Assembly: GCA_963693365.1 (NCBI GenBank)
Contig: CAVNZM010000007.1
Location: forward strand, 3,333,979 to 3,397,978
DNA: 64,000 nucleotides
Source of the DNA: Amoebidium appalachense
Lineage: Eukaryota > Protista > Ichthyosporea
Reading direction: 5' to 3'
A program made the position numbers and the translations under genes. The first letter of the stretch is position 1; each line of letters begins with the position of its first letter. This document shows, one piece after another, positions 12,677 to 24,419 of this stretch. The notes beneath the pieces were generated by a model. It ran no database searches. It had not been told where the DNA came from and saw nothing but the letters and a program-made list of their open reading frames with translations.

Positions 12677-14796
12677 CTCCTCCTTCCTCTCCCCCTCTTT
12701 CCCTTCGTTTTTTTATCCCCTATTGGTGTGCCTGTCGGGTCCGGGAAAACAAGTGTCAGCTACCTATTCATTCAGCACTTGCACTGGCCCCCTTACTGCT
12801 CTGAGTCTGTGTTGAGATAGATGCCCATTTCCTTGCATTTGCTTCCTCGAACCACCCGTAAGCGTGCAGTTGTGCCCTACTGCACCTATTTTTCTCTCTG
12901 TTCTTTACGTCAGCAACTTTACGTCAGCAACACATACAAAAGTCTGTGTGTCTCTTTCGTATCAGCAAATATTCACTGAAAATTGCTCATGTACAAAAGT
13001 CTGTGTGTCTCTTTCGTATCAGCAAATATTCACTGAAAATTGCTAATGTCCCCGTTCTCTTTAACAGGTGGTGCTATCAGCGGCACCGTAACCTCCTCAG
13101 CCGATGGCGCCGGCATTGGAGGAGTTAAGATCACAATCACCGATAAGGCCGGTAAAGTTCTCGACACCACCACCAGCGATCCCGTCGGAAATTACAAACT
13201 CCTGAGAGGAGTTTTGGCTGGCCCCATCACGATTGCATCTGCTACGCCCAATGGATTTGTCCCATCGGCAGACGGCCCGACGATTTCGACTGAGGCGGTG
13301 GAGGGGGATATCCTACCTGACATGAACTTTGTGTTTGATCCCAAACAGGTCACCCCTAGTAAGTGGATATACCCAACTTTGTGTTTGATCCCAAACAGGT
13401 CACCCCTAGTAAGTGGATATACCCTCCCCCCCCCCATACTCCTGTTATGTATGGTTTGCACTCTGCAATCCGTTGTTCATGTGTACTTCGTACTTTATGA
13501 CCCATTCAAACCCCCCCACCCCAACAACAACGTCCCACCCTTTGCCCTTTTGCCCCTTTTGCCCCTTGCCCCCCTAAACACATTCCTCTCTCTGCTTGTG
13601 AGAGTGGTCCAGCTTGATGTGAGAAACGCCATGTGTGTGGTGGTGGTGGTGGGTGGGTGGGTGGGTGTGTGTGTGTGTGGGGGGGGGGGTTGGAGGCGTT
13701 TACGGGTCCCCCATTTTCGTTTTGAAATACATTAACTCTTAGCCAAGTCCCGAATGTATGGGCTTGCCTGCATTGGCTTGCCTGCCTTCCCACTCGCCAA
13801 GTCCCGAATGTATGGGCTTGCCTGCCTTGGCTTGCCTGCCTTCCCACTCATCAGTGTCATATTTCGATATGCCATAACACTTGGTTTCTCAGCCTGGGTA
13901 CACGATATACCGAGTGTAAGGGCCTACCTCCCTTCCCACTAATTTGCAAAATTTGATATGCCATTAACACTTGGCTTCTGTGCACCCACTAATCTCGAAA
14001 TTCGTGTGCTGTGTTTTTGCCTACCTGTGCCTGCTACATAACCTGAAATTCCCGACATATATCTAACACTGAATATATCTAACACGAATATATCTAACAC
14101 TGAAATTCAGCCATATGTCTGACCCTGAAATTCCCATCATCACAGACCCCGTTGACCCTGGCTTTGGTAATGCTGACCCGGGATCGCCTGTCAACCCCGA
14201 TAATGGCTTTGAATTTGGCGATTGCGATTTCTGTGACCCGTATGCATCGTGTGTCAGTGGCCAGTGCAAGTGTAATGCTGGGTACAAGGGCGACGGCATT
14301 ACTTGCTGTAAGTTTCATTTCCCAATTTCTACATCCTCCACTAATGCTCCCCCCCCCCCCCCCCCCCCCCAACTCCCAACCCCTCCCACTCCCAATTTCC
14401 CGTCCCCTTGCAAGGTTTTCAAAAACATGTGTTCATCTGGGCCACCCCCCCGCCCCACCCTTCCCACCTACATTTCCTTCCTTTCCCTTCCTCCCCCTTC
14501 CCCTACATTTCCTTCCTTTCCCTTCCTCCCCCTTCCCCCCCACCCCACCCCCAAATCCCCAACCCTTCCCCCTCCCCTCTTCCCGTTTATTGGAATGATA
14601 TTTAATATGCACGTGTGCGCAACCACACACACACACAAACCACGCGCATTCACCTAAGCACACTTCTTGGGTTTGTTCAAGGACATCTGTCGAGATTGTA
14701 TGCAGAAACTCATATGGTGACCGTGTATCCATTGTCTAATAATTTTCCTGTGCAGACATAGCCGACAGTTCAACTGGCGGCGGCTACAGGATCTGA
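1159..14796 (+). CDS. Secreted multidomain lectin/adhesin-like protein (~1469 aa, 22 exons): signal peptide, 3 Cys-rich repeats, F-type lectin, WSC, PAN/Apple, F-type lectin, ~7 SdrD-B/Cna-B/carboxypeptidase-regulatory-like repeats, EGF
   Basis: Hand-spliced GT-AG exons: 1159-1626, 2059-2275, 2796-2986, 3399-3452, 3727-3919, 4283-4416, 4590-4737, 5482-5724, 6158-6181, 6689-6822, 7418-7552, 8014-8322, 8558-8726, 9302-9577, 9961-10272, 10577-10885, 11276-11388, 11725-11923, 12285-12572, 13068-13358, 14146-14307, 14756-14796. Phases agree at every junction and the total is 4410 nt ending in TGA. Motifs: hydrophobic N-terminus ([15 protein letters not shown]); [22 protein letters not shown]; [25 protein letters not shown]; CYEAC...GCTHFTY....WCSLY; [29 protein letters not shown]; [12 protein letters not shown]; CDPYASC....[14 protein letters not shown]. 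Confidence 0.85.
4952..5222. repeat. Intronic tandem duplication, ~134-bp unit x2
   Basis: GCATGTATAGAAGCGGGAAGCAAG...CTGACTGTC(C)n starts at 4952 and again at 5086. Confidence 0.85.
5793..5967. repeat. Intronic minisatellite: 37-bp unit x4 arranged as 89-bp x2
   Basis: GGAAAGATATGTGGTCTGTGGTCTCATTCGCACATCC at ~5793, 5830, 5882 and 5919. Confidence 0.85.
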
Positions 14797-15562
14797 GCGC
14801 ATTTTTGATTGGTCGCAGAGGAAAAGCAGCCGGCCAATCGTCAACAAGTCTGCCATTTCAGCTCGTCTATGGCTGAGCAAAACTATTAGTGCTGAAGAGT
14901 TGCTAGATAGACCGTGCTTAGTGCCGAATAGTTGCTAGATAGACCGTGCTCATGTCTGTTTTAGTGTGCGGTCCTTTAGCTAATTAATGAAAACTATGTG
15001 CGCGGTTCTTTAGTTAGTTGATGAGAACCGCGCACAAACCATGTGTGCGATTCTTCAGTTAGTTGATGAAAACTATGAAGATTTGGGGCTAATCTGGCTT
15101 ATACCGGGCCCCCCGTATCATGATGGCTATCAGCAGGGTGTATATTCTGCATACAGTAGCTCAAGGTGTATAACATATGTAACGCCTAATCCGTGTATTC
15201 TGGGGTGCAAAAGGTGCTGGTATACTCTGGCGTTTAGGCATACATGCCCTTCAGAGAATAAAGGGTACCATTTTTAGAAATACAGTGAAAACACACACCG
15301 GAAATGATGTGTGCCTATTTCAGGCGTAGCCCCCCCCCCCCCCCCCCCCCCCCCCGGCACCCCCACCCCTCAAAACTCACCCACAGACGGCACAGTAGTG
15401 GGCCACCCATCACCTGCATCACAACCACCCAAGCCTCGTACCCTGACCCCTTTCACTAACATTCTCACGCGAACTTCAGCATGACTCTCTGCATGCATAT
15501 AACACAGCTATCACTGACAGTGCAGTTATATCCCCCCCCCCCCCCCCCCCCCCCCTTTCCCC

Positions 15563-15610
<48 letters not shown>

Positions 15611-15611
<1 letters not shown>

Positions 15612-18600
15612 AGCTTATCACCCTCCTCAGGTTCATGTGGCACAACCGGACGGCCACGGTGTGCACAGACCAGGGGCAAACGGAGACCTTCCCCGTGGAA
15701 AACGGCCTGGCCCAAGGGGCCGTTCTCTCCTCCATCCTTTGGATCATCTTCTATGATCCAGTTTTGACGGCCATCAAAAGGCACGGCAAGGGGTACACTT
15801 TCCACCTACCCCCACAGACACAACACCACACACCGGCACCAACACCCCCCGTGTGTGACGTCTGTAGCCTTCGCCGACGACACAACATGGTTTGGCCCAA
15901 ACAAGGAGAGCATCCAGCAAACTCTCGACATCTCGGCCCCCTTTTTCTACTACCATGATCTGGAACCACACCCAGACAAGTTTTCAGTCCTTGCCCGTGG
16001 CACCCCAACACGGGCAACAGTGACCCCCCTACAGTACTACAAATCCCCGAGAGCACCACCCCTACCCATTCGGATCGAGCCCCCCATGCACACATCAGAG
16101 CGCCAGGGGTTAACATCACCCTCCAACGGGCCCAACAACGGAAAGGCCATGCAGCTGGCCTTCCGGGCCACCACCATCTTAGCCCGTAAAATGCTGGCAC
16201 CTAGCCAAGTGATCTACGTGGCCAACAGTGTGGTGGCCCCGGCCATCCTTTTCCTCCTCAAAGGATCCGTCATCAGCAACATCACCATACAGGCCATCGA
16301 CAGCAAGTGGAGAAACCTCCTCCGTCGGAAGTGTGGTTTCCACCGGAGCACCCCGTCGGGGCTGCTACACCACCCCACTCTAGGGGGACTAGCCAGCATC
16401 GTCGAATCAGTGGCTAGCACCATGGTTACGGAGCTGTGTTCCCTGCAGAAAACACCAGAACCAGCTGGGGCCGTGGTCCGGTACCGAGCCTGGCAGCAGC
16501 AACACGCGACCGGCCTACCGTACCCTCCCCTGCAAGCACCCCCAGCCAAACTTTACAGGCTAGGGGGAAAGCAGCTCCACAACTATTGGGCCCATATCAC
16601 GGGGATCCTCCACGAGCGGCACTTGAGTATTGGGGAGACCCCCCCAACCACAACACCCCCCCCCCCCCCTCCCCCCAAGGAGAAGGAGGGGGAGCAGCAA
16701 CAACAACAAGCACCCCCATCAAACCCGTATTCCCGGACCCCACCTTTGCAACACACATCGGCCCCCATACCCACCCCCGTCAACTCTACACGGTAGAGGA
16801 CACCTTGGTACGGCCGGGGGTGTTCTGGGCTTTCCCCGAACTGCCCCAGCCTCCAGGCCTACTACACCCGGAGGCCACACAGTGGTACCGGCCCATAATC
16901 AAGGGGGACACCCCCATAGCAGCCCAACTACGGCCAGCACCCAGGCAACACACCCACCACACCATTGACCTCGTGGCAAACCACCCCGTAGGTGCATTCG
17001 TGGTGGAAATAGTCAAGAGTCAATAGTCAATGCACAGGCACAGGCACAGGCCAAAGCACAACAGAAGCAGCAGCAAAACGAAAACGCACGGTTGCTTTCC
17101 ATTGACAGTCTTCAATCGATGGGTTTGACACCTGCGTCGCTCGCACGCACCGCAAACACCCCCGGGCAGATGCTCCAAACGGCGCAGTCTACAAATGCGT
17201 ACAGTGTTGGGTTCCCGAACGTGAGCAATATTCAACAGGACGGGTGGGCCACACAGCAACCTATTACGGTGGCTTTGCGCGGCAGTGCCACCGGAGATGC
17301 GTATCTGACGGGTATGGGTGGGAACGCAAGTAGCGCGATGAGCCTAGCACAGACGATTGATGTGTTTGGACAGCAGACCCGCCAACGCTCTTCAACTACG
17401 AATGTTGAACTTGAGCAAATGTTAACCACGCAACAACAGCAACGACTGCGCACACAGCGCGCCATACAACAACAACAACAACTGCAACAACAACAACAAC
17501 AACTTCAGCAACAGCAACTTTTACAGAGACACCAAAGACAAATGCGCCTGCAACAACAACAACAAACACTCACGCAGCCTCAGAGCACACAGAGCACAGG
17601 CCCCGAAATGGCGGTTCAAACACTCCGCCCCCGGATTACACAACAGTCAATAGTCAAGAACGGGCAATACGAGGTAAGCCAGGTGGTGGCCAACACCACC
17701 CACAACGGGGAGGCATGGGTCAAAATAGCTCATCTACGGGACAACACAGAGGAGGAGGGTCTAAGATGGCACCGACCCATCTGGAACGACCCCAACGGCA
17801 CAGCCCACTTCCTCTTCTGCCCCGGTGACTGCAAATATGGTCACTCCCCGTGGAACCTGGCCTACAACCCGGCCACCCCCTCCCCCAGCGGGGACTCAGA
17901 GGGGGAGGGGGAAGGGTCGGACAGGGAGCCAGAATCGGAGATTCCGGGGCCCAGCGACGACTCCGAGGACTCCGAGGACTCTAGCACCGACAGCACAACC
18001 AGCTAACACGAGCCCCCCGAGCCCCCAGCCGACAACAACACCCACAACAAGCAGTGTGTGGGGTGGACCCGTGCCGTGGAGGTGATACGGGCAGACCCCT
18101 ACGTGGCCTTTAAGACCCAAATCACCACCCACACGGTAGTCCCCAAATACCACAAGGACTTCATCGACACCAACAGCATCGACATCTACCAAGTCATCGC
18201 ATTGAAGTATGGCTCCGACCCGGCCGAGCAGTGGAGGAAGATACACCATTTTCGGCGGCATCTTCCCCCCCAACAACAGGCATCCCCCCAGATGATCCAC
18301 ATACAAGCCAACGAGGAGACCAAACCCCTGCCGGGGGACTCCCCGGCCCACCACCCCCCCGGCCGCCACCACAGGTGGGGCAACCACCAGGACACAAGTG
18401 CACGGCCCATCCGGTTGACATGCCGGGCCCACCCATCCTCCGCAGACTCACCTACGCGACTTGGTGCCCCAGGCCACCTACGACGAGTGGCAACAGCATA
18501 TCAACCTGCTTCCCCCAGACTAACCCATCACGTTTACACGGACGGCAGCCTCACCCACCCCGGCAGGAGGACAGCCAAGGCCGGAGCCGGGGCTGTGCTG

Positions 18601-18974
18601 GACACCACGGACAATAAGGCACCACCGGTGACGGCCAAGACCAGGCTCCACACGGCCCTGTCATCCACCCAGGCCGAACTCACAGGGGTACTACTAGCCC
18701 TCCTGCTACACCCCCACCCCCACCCCCATCCACATCAAGCTCAATAACCTCGGAGTAGTCGACCGATAGGGGGCCAACATGAACCCCACCACACCCCCTC
18801 GACGGAAGCTAAAATTCCCCCACATAGTGGAATGGGCCCACGTACGAGACCAGCTCTCCCTGCGGCAACCGGCTCCGTACATGTATTGTGGGTGAAGGGG
18901 CACCAATCCAACACCAAACGGTACGGTCAAAGGAATAACGAGGCAGACAAGGCAGGCAAGCAATGCAGGCAGAG

Positions 18975-19011
<37 letters not shown>

Positions 19012-20330
19012 ACCTCCGGCCCAGGGGGGGGAAATACTTCCTACGACTACAAGGCTACCAGGTCCCCGGCAACATTCCCAGGACACTGAACCGGTTGAAC
19101 AAGGATTTCCTCACTGACATGGCCGGCAAGACGAAGGCTATGTCCATACTGGCCGACCCCAGACTGCTCCCAGCCGAACGGAACCCCCTCAAGCTCAACA
19201 AGGGACCAGCACAGGCAACCATCGGGGCCGTCAAAGGCAACGCTCGTAGCCTGTCCCTGGCCATGGGCACCCTGCCTACCATGACACGGCTTCACCTAGA
19301 TCACCCCACCGTCGTCACACAGCCTACATGCCCCCGGTGCAGCCAGCACCCGGAGACTACCATCCACCTCTGGGCCTGCCCGGCCCATTCCGGGGAGGTC
19401 CCCAACCTGATCACGGCCATCACAGCCTGCATCCACAATGTCCTGCACACCCGGCATCCGAAAACCCCCACGGCACAGCACCGACTGACTGCAGGCACGG
19501 TGGTAGACCAATGTGCATGGATAAACTGGATAGGTGGAAACGGAGGCCCAAAAGACCCCGAGGACATGAAGTGGGTGGAACGGGATTTCTGCCCACGATC
19601 AGTGGGCCCACTACCAGCAGCCACCGGCACCACCGAAGCCACCACACGGGCCATCATAGGAAAAATCTCAGTAGAATTGCAGACTTTTTTCTTCGCTAAG
19701 ATTTGGCACCCACTTAACACAACACTCCCACCCACCCACCCCAAAATGCAAAAACACCACCACACCACCACCACCCGTAGAAAGAAAAACACGGTTACCG
19801 TACTACACAAACACAAAACCCCCACAAACACTTCCCCCCACACACACACGGCGAGCCTGCATGGACTGCCGGCACACACAAAGACCCACAGTGCCCTGCA
19901 AACCACACCTTTTAGTTCACAATAGCATCGCCACAAAATATGTACAACAACATATACTATTAGGAAGCAACCCCCCACCACCACCACCACACCCCATCAT
20001 CCACACATACCCCCCGTAAACACAACACAACACTTAGGACATTCCACTACTGTAGACCGACCAATGAGAGCCCGTGGTTAACGTTTATTCTTAGGATTTG
20101 AGTGGAGGGGAGGACTGGTGCCTCCTGCCGGCGTGGCTGGGATAGTAACCCTGGGCAAAGTGTGTACTTATAGTTAGGTTTGTGAAGGATGGTTTAGTTT
20201 AGCTGAACTCATAGACAATACCCTAACTAATGTACTGTCGGTGCTGTGTGGTAGACGGTAGTTACCCTAGAGGGTCTGTCATGGCCCTCCGGGAACAAAA
20301 CGTGATAAAATAAACACACACACACACACA
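15611..20330 (+). mobile_element. 5'-truncated, degenerate non-LTR retrotransposon (LINE) with RT C-terminal half, RNase H and CCHC zinc finger
   Basis: GLAQGAVLSSILW and AFADD (RT); VYTDGS...AELTGV...WVKGH...NNEADKA (RNase H); CPRC....ETTIHLWAC (zinc finger). Several frameshifts and stops. AATAAA plus a (CA)n tail near 20309-20330; boundaries approximate. Confidence 0.85.
17019..17648 (+). other. 630-bp Gln-rich insertion inside the LINE, flanked by an 11-bp direct repeat
   Basis: AATAGTCAAGA at 17008-17018 and 17649-17659; removing the insert restores LINE frame ...FVVEIVK|NGQYEV... Confidence 0.75.
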
Positions 20331-21609
20331 CCCCCCCCCAAAAAAAGAAAAGAAAGAAAGAAAGTAAGAAAGAAAAATAAAGGACCACCTATGGTGCAAC
20401 ATTTGCCAAAACCCTTTCCTCTACCCCTTACGTACATACATGCACTAAAAATACTTAAGAGCTGGAAGGCTGGCACCAAAACATCTGATCAGTTTGCGTC
20501 CGCGTCCAAGATTCTACGGTTTTGAGGGGTTGTCGACCGAATCTTACGACAATTAGAGCCGGAGATGACCGGTCGTACCCATGATCTTGAATGGGGGGGG
20601 GGGGGGGGGGGGGGGGGGATGAGGTATGCACACCGCCGGCGGGGGAGATCTGGGTGTGTGTGTGGGGGGGAAAGAGGAGCGGGGTGGGTGGATATTTTTT
20701 TTATTTTTTATTTTTTTTTGGGGGGGGGGGGGGTGGACTGAATTGAGGCCATGGGGAGGCTTTGTGTGTGTGGATTGTGAAGAAGGAAGGGGGGGGGGGG
20801 GGGGAGGGGGAAGGGTCTATTTTCTCTCAGATTATCTCCAAGAAGCGGAACGACCCGGGTACCATATCAGGAGCGGGCAATTTTTGAATTCACCCTCCCC
20901 CGCAATTTGAGGTTTTTGGACTTCAAAGAAGTCAAATCCTGCAAAATCCACTACCGGGAGGCCAAAAAGGGTGATTTCACAAAAAAGCAGGGTCATACAT
21001 GAAAAAAAAGAAAATAGACGAGTTCAGTGGGCTGCCGATAAGTATATTTCGTGCTGCCGCGGCCGGTATACATGCTGCCGTGGTTGTTGCTCTAGACGGC
21101 AGTATGGCATTGCATGTGTCACGTGACCTGCACGTGAATGCCACCATGTGCAGGCACTGAGTCTAGGGGGATTTGTGTGTGTGTTTTGGAGCACCGACAA
21201 GGCAGAGCTAGGGTGAGGGATGTGTAAACATGGAGTTTAGAGAGATTGTACTGCTATTATTGTACTAGTAACATGTGCACAAAACAGCCGCGTGCGCCAC
21301 ACTCCGGTGTATAGAACAATGATATGCACATGCGTCACTGTAATACTATGTATGCGCATGCCGCACAAGGTTTAGAAGACCACCACAGTAGAGACTATTT
21401 TCTTTTGGTTGATGTCAATGTAGGAATGGTGTGTTGCAGTTGTCATGATGGCAAGGTAAATTTGGGGCCAAGTTATTATTTCCCCCTTCTAAACGTTTTT
21501 TTAGCTCCAAGAACTTCGACGCCAAAATTTCTATATTTGGCTATCATATTATCTATATATATAATGTGTTGTTTGCCGGACCTCAAATCCGGAATTTGGA
21601 GGGGACCAA

Positions 21610-22178
21610 GGTTTTATTTGTGGAGTTTTATTGACATAAATATTTTTCTGGGTAAACACGTAGGATGGGTGTCCGATATCAACATAACCATGTAGGCTTC
21701 GTTTCGTGTTTTAGCAGCTCGCGTTCGGCTGCCCGCATACGGGCACCTATTAGCCGATCAAAACATCAGATTCCACAGATCACCAGACCGAGTTTGATTG
21801 GCTCAGGATCCGATTTCACATAACACTAGATCGATTTTGATTGGCTCAGATTGGTAGCCTTAGGTATATAAGCACGACAGTTTTTAGCAGATCAGCAAGC
21901 AACAGACACATCTTCTGTGTTTAGCACCTACAGCTTTACAGCTATATTTTCTTTTCACCCACCCACCTACACCCAACACTCAACCCCCATTGATCCCCAT
22001 ATCCGTGCTGTTTTTCCACGGGGCAAAGACTTCCCCCGTTTTTTGGGCACAAGGACCTCACGGATCAATAAATTGATGACTGGGGGCTTGCCGTGGTTTA
22101 CAACCATTGCAGGTTCACCTTCGTCCAAGGGGATGTCCCCCTAGAGGCAACACACGTCCCAGAGTAGTTTTCATAGAA
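21610..22178 (+). mobile_element. Non-coding remnant of the tyrosine-recombinase retrotransposon (5' repeat A + 3' repeat B; solo A-B or internal deletion derivative)
   Basis: 21610-~21960 matches the element 5' ends at 22702 and 62588 (GGTTTTATTTGTGG..., two GATTGGCTCAG boxes, GGTATATAAGC). 22089-22113 matches 27769-27793, just after the recombinase stop. It interrupts a local tandem repeat. Confidence 0.7.
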
Positions 22179-22701
22179 GGCCTTTTTGTGAGGCATCAAA
22201 AACCATCGAAACGTTGCTTAGTTGTTTTTATGACATCAAAATCGCTAAATATTCCTGCGATACTAATGAAAAAGCCTAAAATAACTAAATATTTGATAAT
22301 GAGAAAATTGAAATATAGTGCCCTAAAGTTGGGCCCGAGAGATACCGGACCTAAAATCCGGAATTTGGAGGGGACCTAAGGCCATTTTGTGAGGCATCAA
22401 AAACCATCGAAACGTTGCTTAGTTGTTTTTATGACATCAAAATCGCTAAATATTCTTGCGATACCAATGAAAAAGCCTAAAATAACTATATATTTGATAA
22501 TGAGAAAATTGAAATATAGTGCCCTAAAGTTGGGCCTGAGAGATATATAATGCGTTGTTTGCCGGACCTTAAATCCGGAATTTGGAGGGGCCTAAGGCCA
22601 TTTTGTGAGGCATCCGCAAAAACCATCGAAACATTGCTTAGTTGTTTTTATGACATCAAAATCGCTAAATATTCTTGCGATACTAATGAAAAAGCCTAAA
22701 A
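22177..22701. repeat. AT-rich tandem repeat, ~200-216-bp unit, ~2.5 copies (plus partial unit at ~21555-21607)
   Basis: AGGCC(A/T)TTTTGTGAGGCATC...AAAACCATCGAAAC...CCGGAATTTGGAGGGG recurs at ~22178, 22379 and 22595. Confidence 0.8.
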
Positions 22702-22952
22702 GGTTTTATTTGTGGAATTTATTGACATAAATATTTTTTCTGGGTAAACACGTAGGATGGGTGTTCGGTATCAACATAACCATGTAGACTTCATTTCGTG
22801 TTTTAGCAGTTCGCGGTTGGCTGCCCGCACACGGGCACCTATTAGCCAATCAAAACATCAAGCTACAAACACATCTTCTGTGTTTAGCACCCACAGCCTT
22901 ACAGCTATATATTCCTTTTTCATTCTCCCTATCTTTCTCTCCACCGGTCAGC

Positions 22953-24071
22953 ATGCCGCCGAAAAAGCTCCAGGCCTCAGCCACCGCCCCTGCCGCGGCA
23001 CCTAAGCGCCTGACCCGCAGCGACCTCCGCCACAGGCTGACCAACGCTCCCGCGGGCCCTGACACGCCTCCGGAGGCCCATACCACCACGGACCCTCCGG
23101 CTTCTCTCCCCTCTACTCCTGAAGTCCCTCCTCAGGCCCCGCCGTCCCCGCCGATGACTTCTCAAAACGCCGTCCTTGCCGCCCTCACCGCCATCAGCAC
23201 CCAGATGGCTGGCGTCCTGGCCGCTCTCACCAACCGCGACCCTCCCGCGCCCCCCGCCGCACCCTCCGCACCCGGGGAGGTTTCCCCGGGACTGCATCTC
23301 GGCCCTGACCTGGACCTACCTGCCCTGCCCGCGCCCCCCATTACAGGTGAGAACACTGGCGACATTCAGCCGGGCACACTGCCGCTTCCCCCCGCGGATG
23401 TGCTGGCAGATTTGCGCGCCAATCGTTTCGTCGACCTGTATAAGTTCACCCCCGCAGCCCTCCTGGCCCCATCCAAGAAAGGCCAGCAGCTGCGCATGGC
23501 TGACGACGGCAGCATCGAGGCTTTTCGCAATGACAAACCCGTTCCCCTGCGTTCACTCGTCATTTGGATCCAAGCTTGGACCCATTACATGGCCGCCAAG
23601 CACCACCTCGACCTCCCCACGGACAAGGACGTACTTTGGACTCAACACATCACTCGCCTCAGCACCCGATACCCGTGGGCCCAGATCCACAACTATGACG
23701 TATACGCCCGTACCGTTGCCCACCAGCAGGGTCGGGCTCCGATCGAGTGTCCCAACCTGCTCGCCCAACTCCACCAGGATCTCCTCCTGCCACCCACTCT
23801 GCTCATCCCGGACGCATGTCAGCGCTGTGGCTTCCCCGACCACCCCAGCGCGGCCTGCCCCATGTACCCCAAGCCCGGCTGTGGTCTTGACGGCTTCAAG
23901 CCGCCCCACAAGCCCGGCGGGGGCCAAACCCCCAACCGCCCTGGCCCACACGCCTGCAGGAATTTCCACATTAACGGTCGGTCCTGCACTAAGCAGCCCT
24001 GCCCCTTCTCCCACGTGTGCCCGCTCTGCTCTGGCACACACCCCCGCAAAGACTGCAAGCACAATGCCTAG
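22953..24071 (+). CDS. Gag-like ORF1 of the YR retrotransposon (372 aa)
   Basis: Open ORF with CQRCGFPDHPSAAC (CCHC), CRNFHINGRSCTKQPCPFSH (CCCH) and CPLCSGTHPRKDC. Confidence 0.85.
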   Translation: MPPKKLQASATAPAAAPKRLTRSDLRHRLTNAPAGPDTPPEAHTTTDPPASLPSTPEVPPQAPPSPPMTSQNAVLAALTAISTQMAGVLAALTNRDPPAPPAAPSAPGEVSPGLHLGPDLDLPALPAPPITGENTGDIQPGTLPLPPADVLADLRANRFVDLYKFTPAALLAPSKKGQQLRMADDGSIEAFRNDKPVPLRSLVIWIQAWTHYMAAKHHLDLPTDKDVLWTQHITRLSTRYPWAQIHNYDVYARTVAHQQGRAPIECPNLLAQLHQDLLLPPTLLIPDACQRCGFPDHPSAACPMYPKPGCGLDGFKPPHKPGGGQTPNRPGPHACRNFHINGRSCTKQPCPFSHVCPLCSGTHPRKDCKHNA

Positions 24072-24419
24072 TCTACGCGCACACACACAGTTAGAACATA
24101 GGGGCTAGGAGCTAGGACACACGGGGGAAAACGGGCCAATAGGGCTGAGTACAAATTTTTGCAGGCCAACTACGGCGCCCGCGCGCGCCAAGAATAAATG
24201 TCCCTACACAAAGACGTTATTCTGGCCACTGCACATAATTTTATTCCCCCCCCATCCCACCTGCCTCCCCCCCCCTGGCACTCACCTAGCACTCCCTCCC
24301 TCCCCCTTCTTCTACCTCTGTGTCCGCCCACACCCGGGCGTGCTCAGGCTTCCCCTGCACAGGGCCCCGCTGCCCTCCCTGCAAACCCTCCCTCGGGCCC
24401 AGCTGCCCTACTCTAACCC

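Noticed and set aside
24072-24245. Lower-GC segment between YR gag and pol that might be a small insertion
   Set aside because: No TSD or TIR found, and the second copy ends before this point, so it cannot be compared
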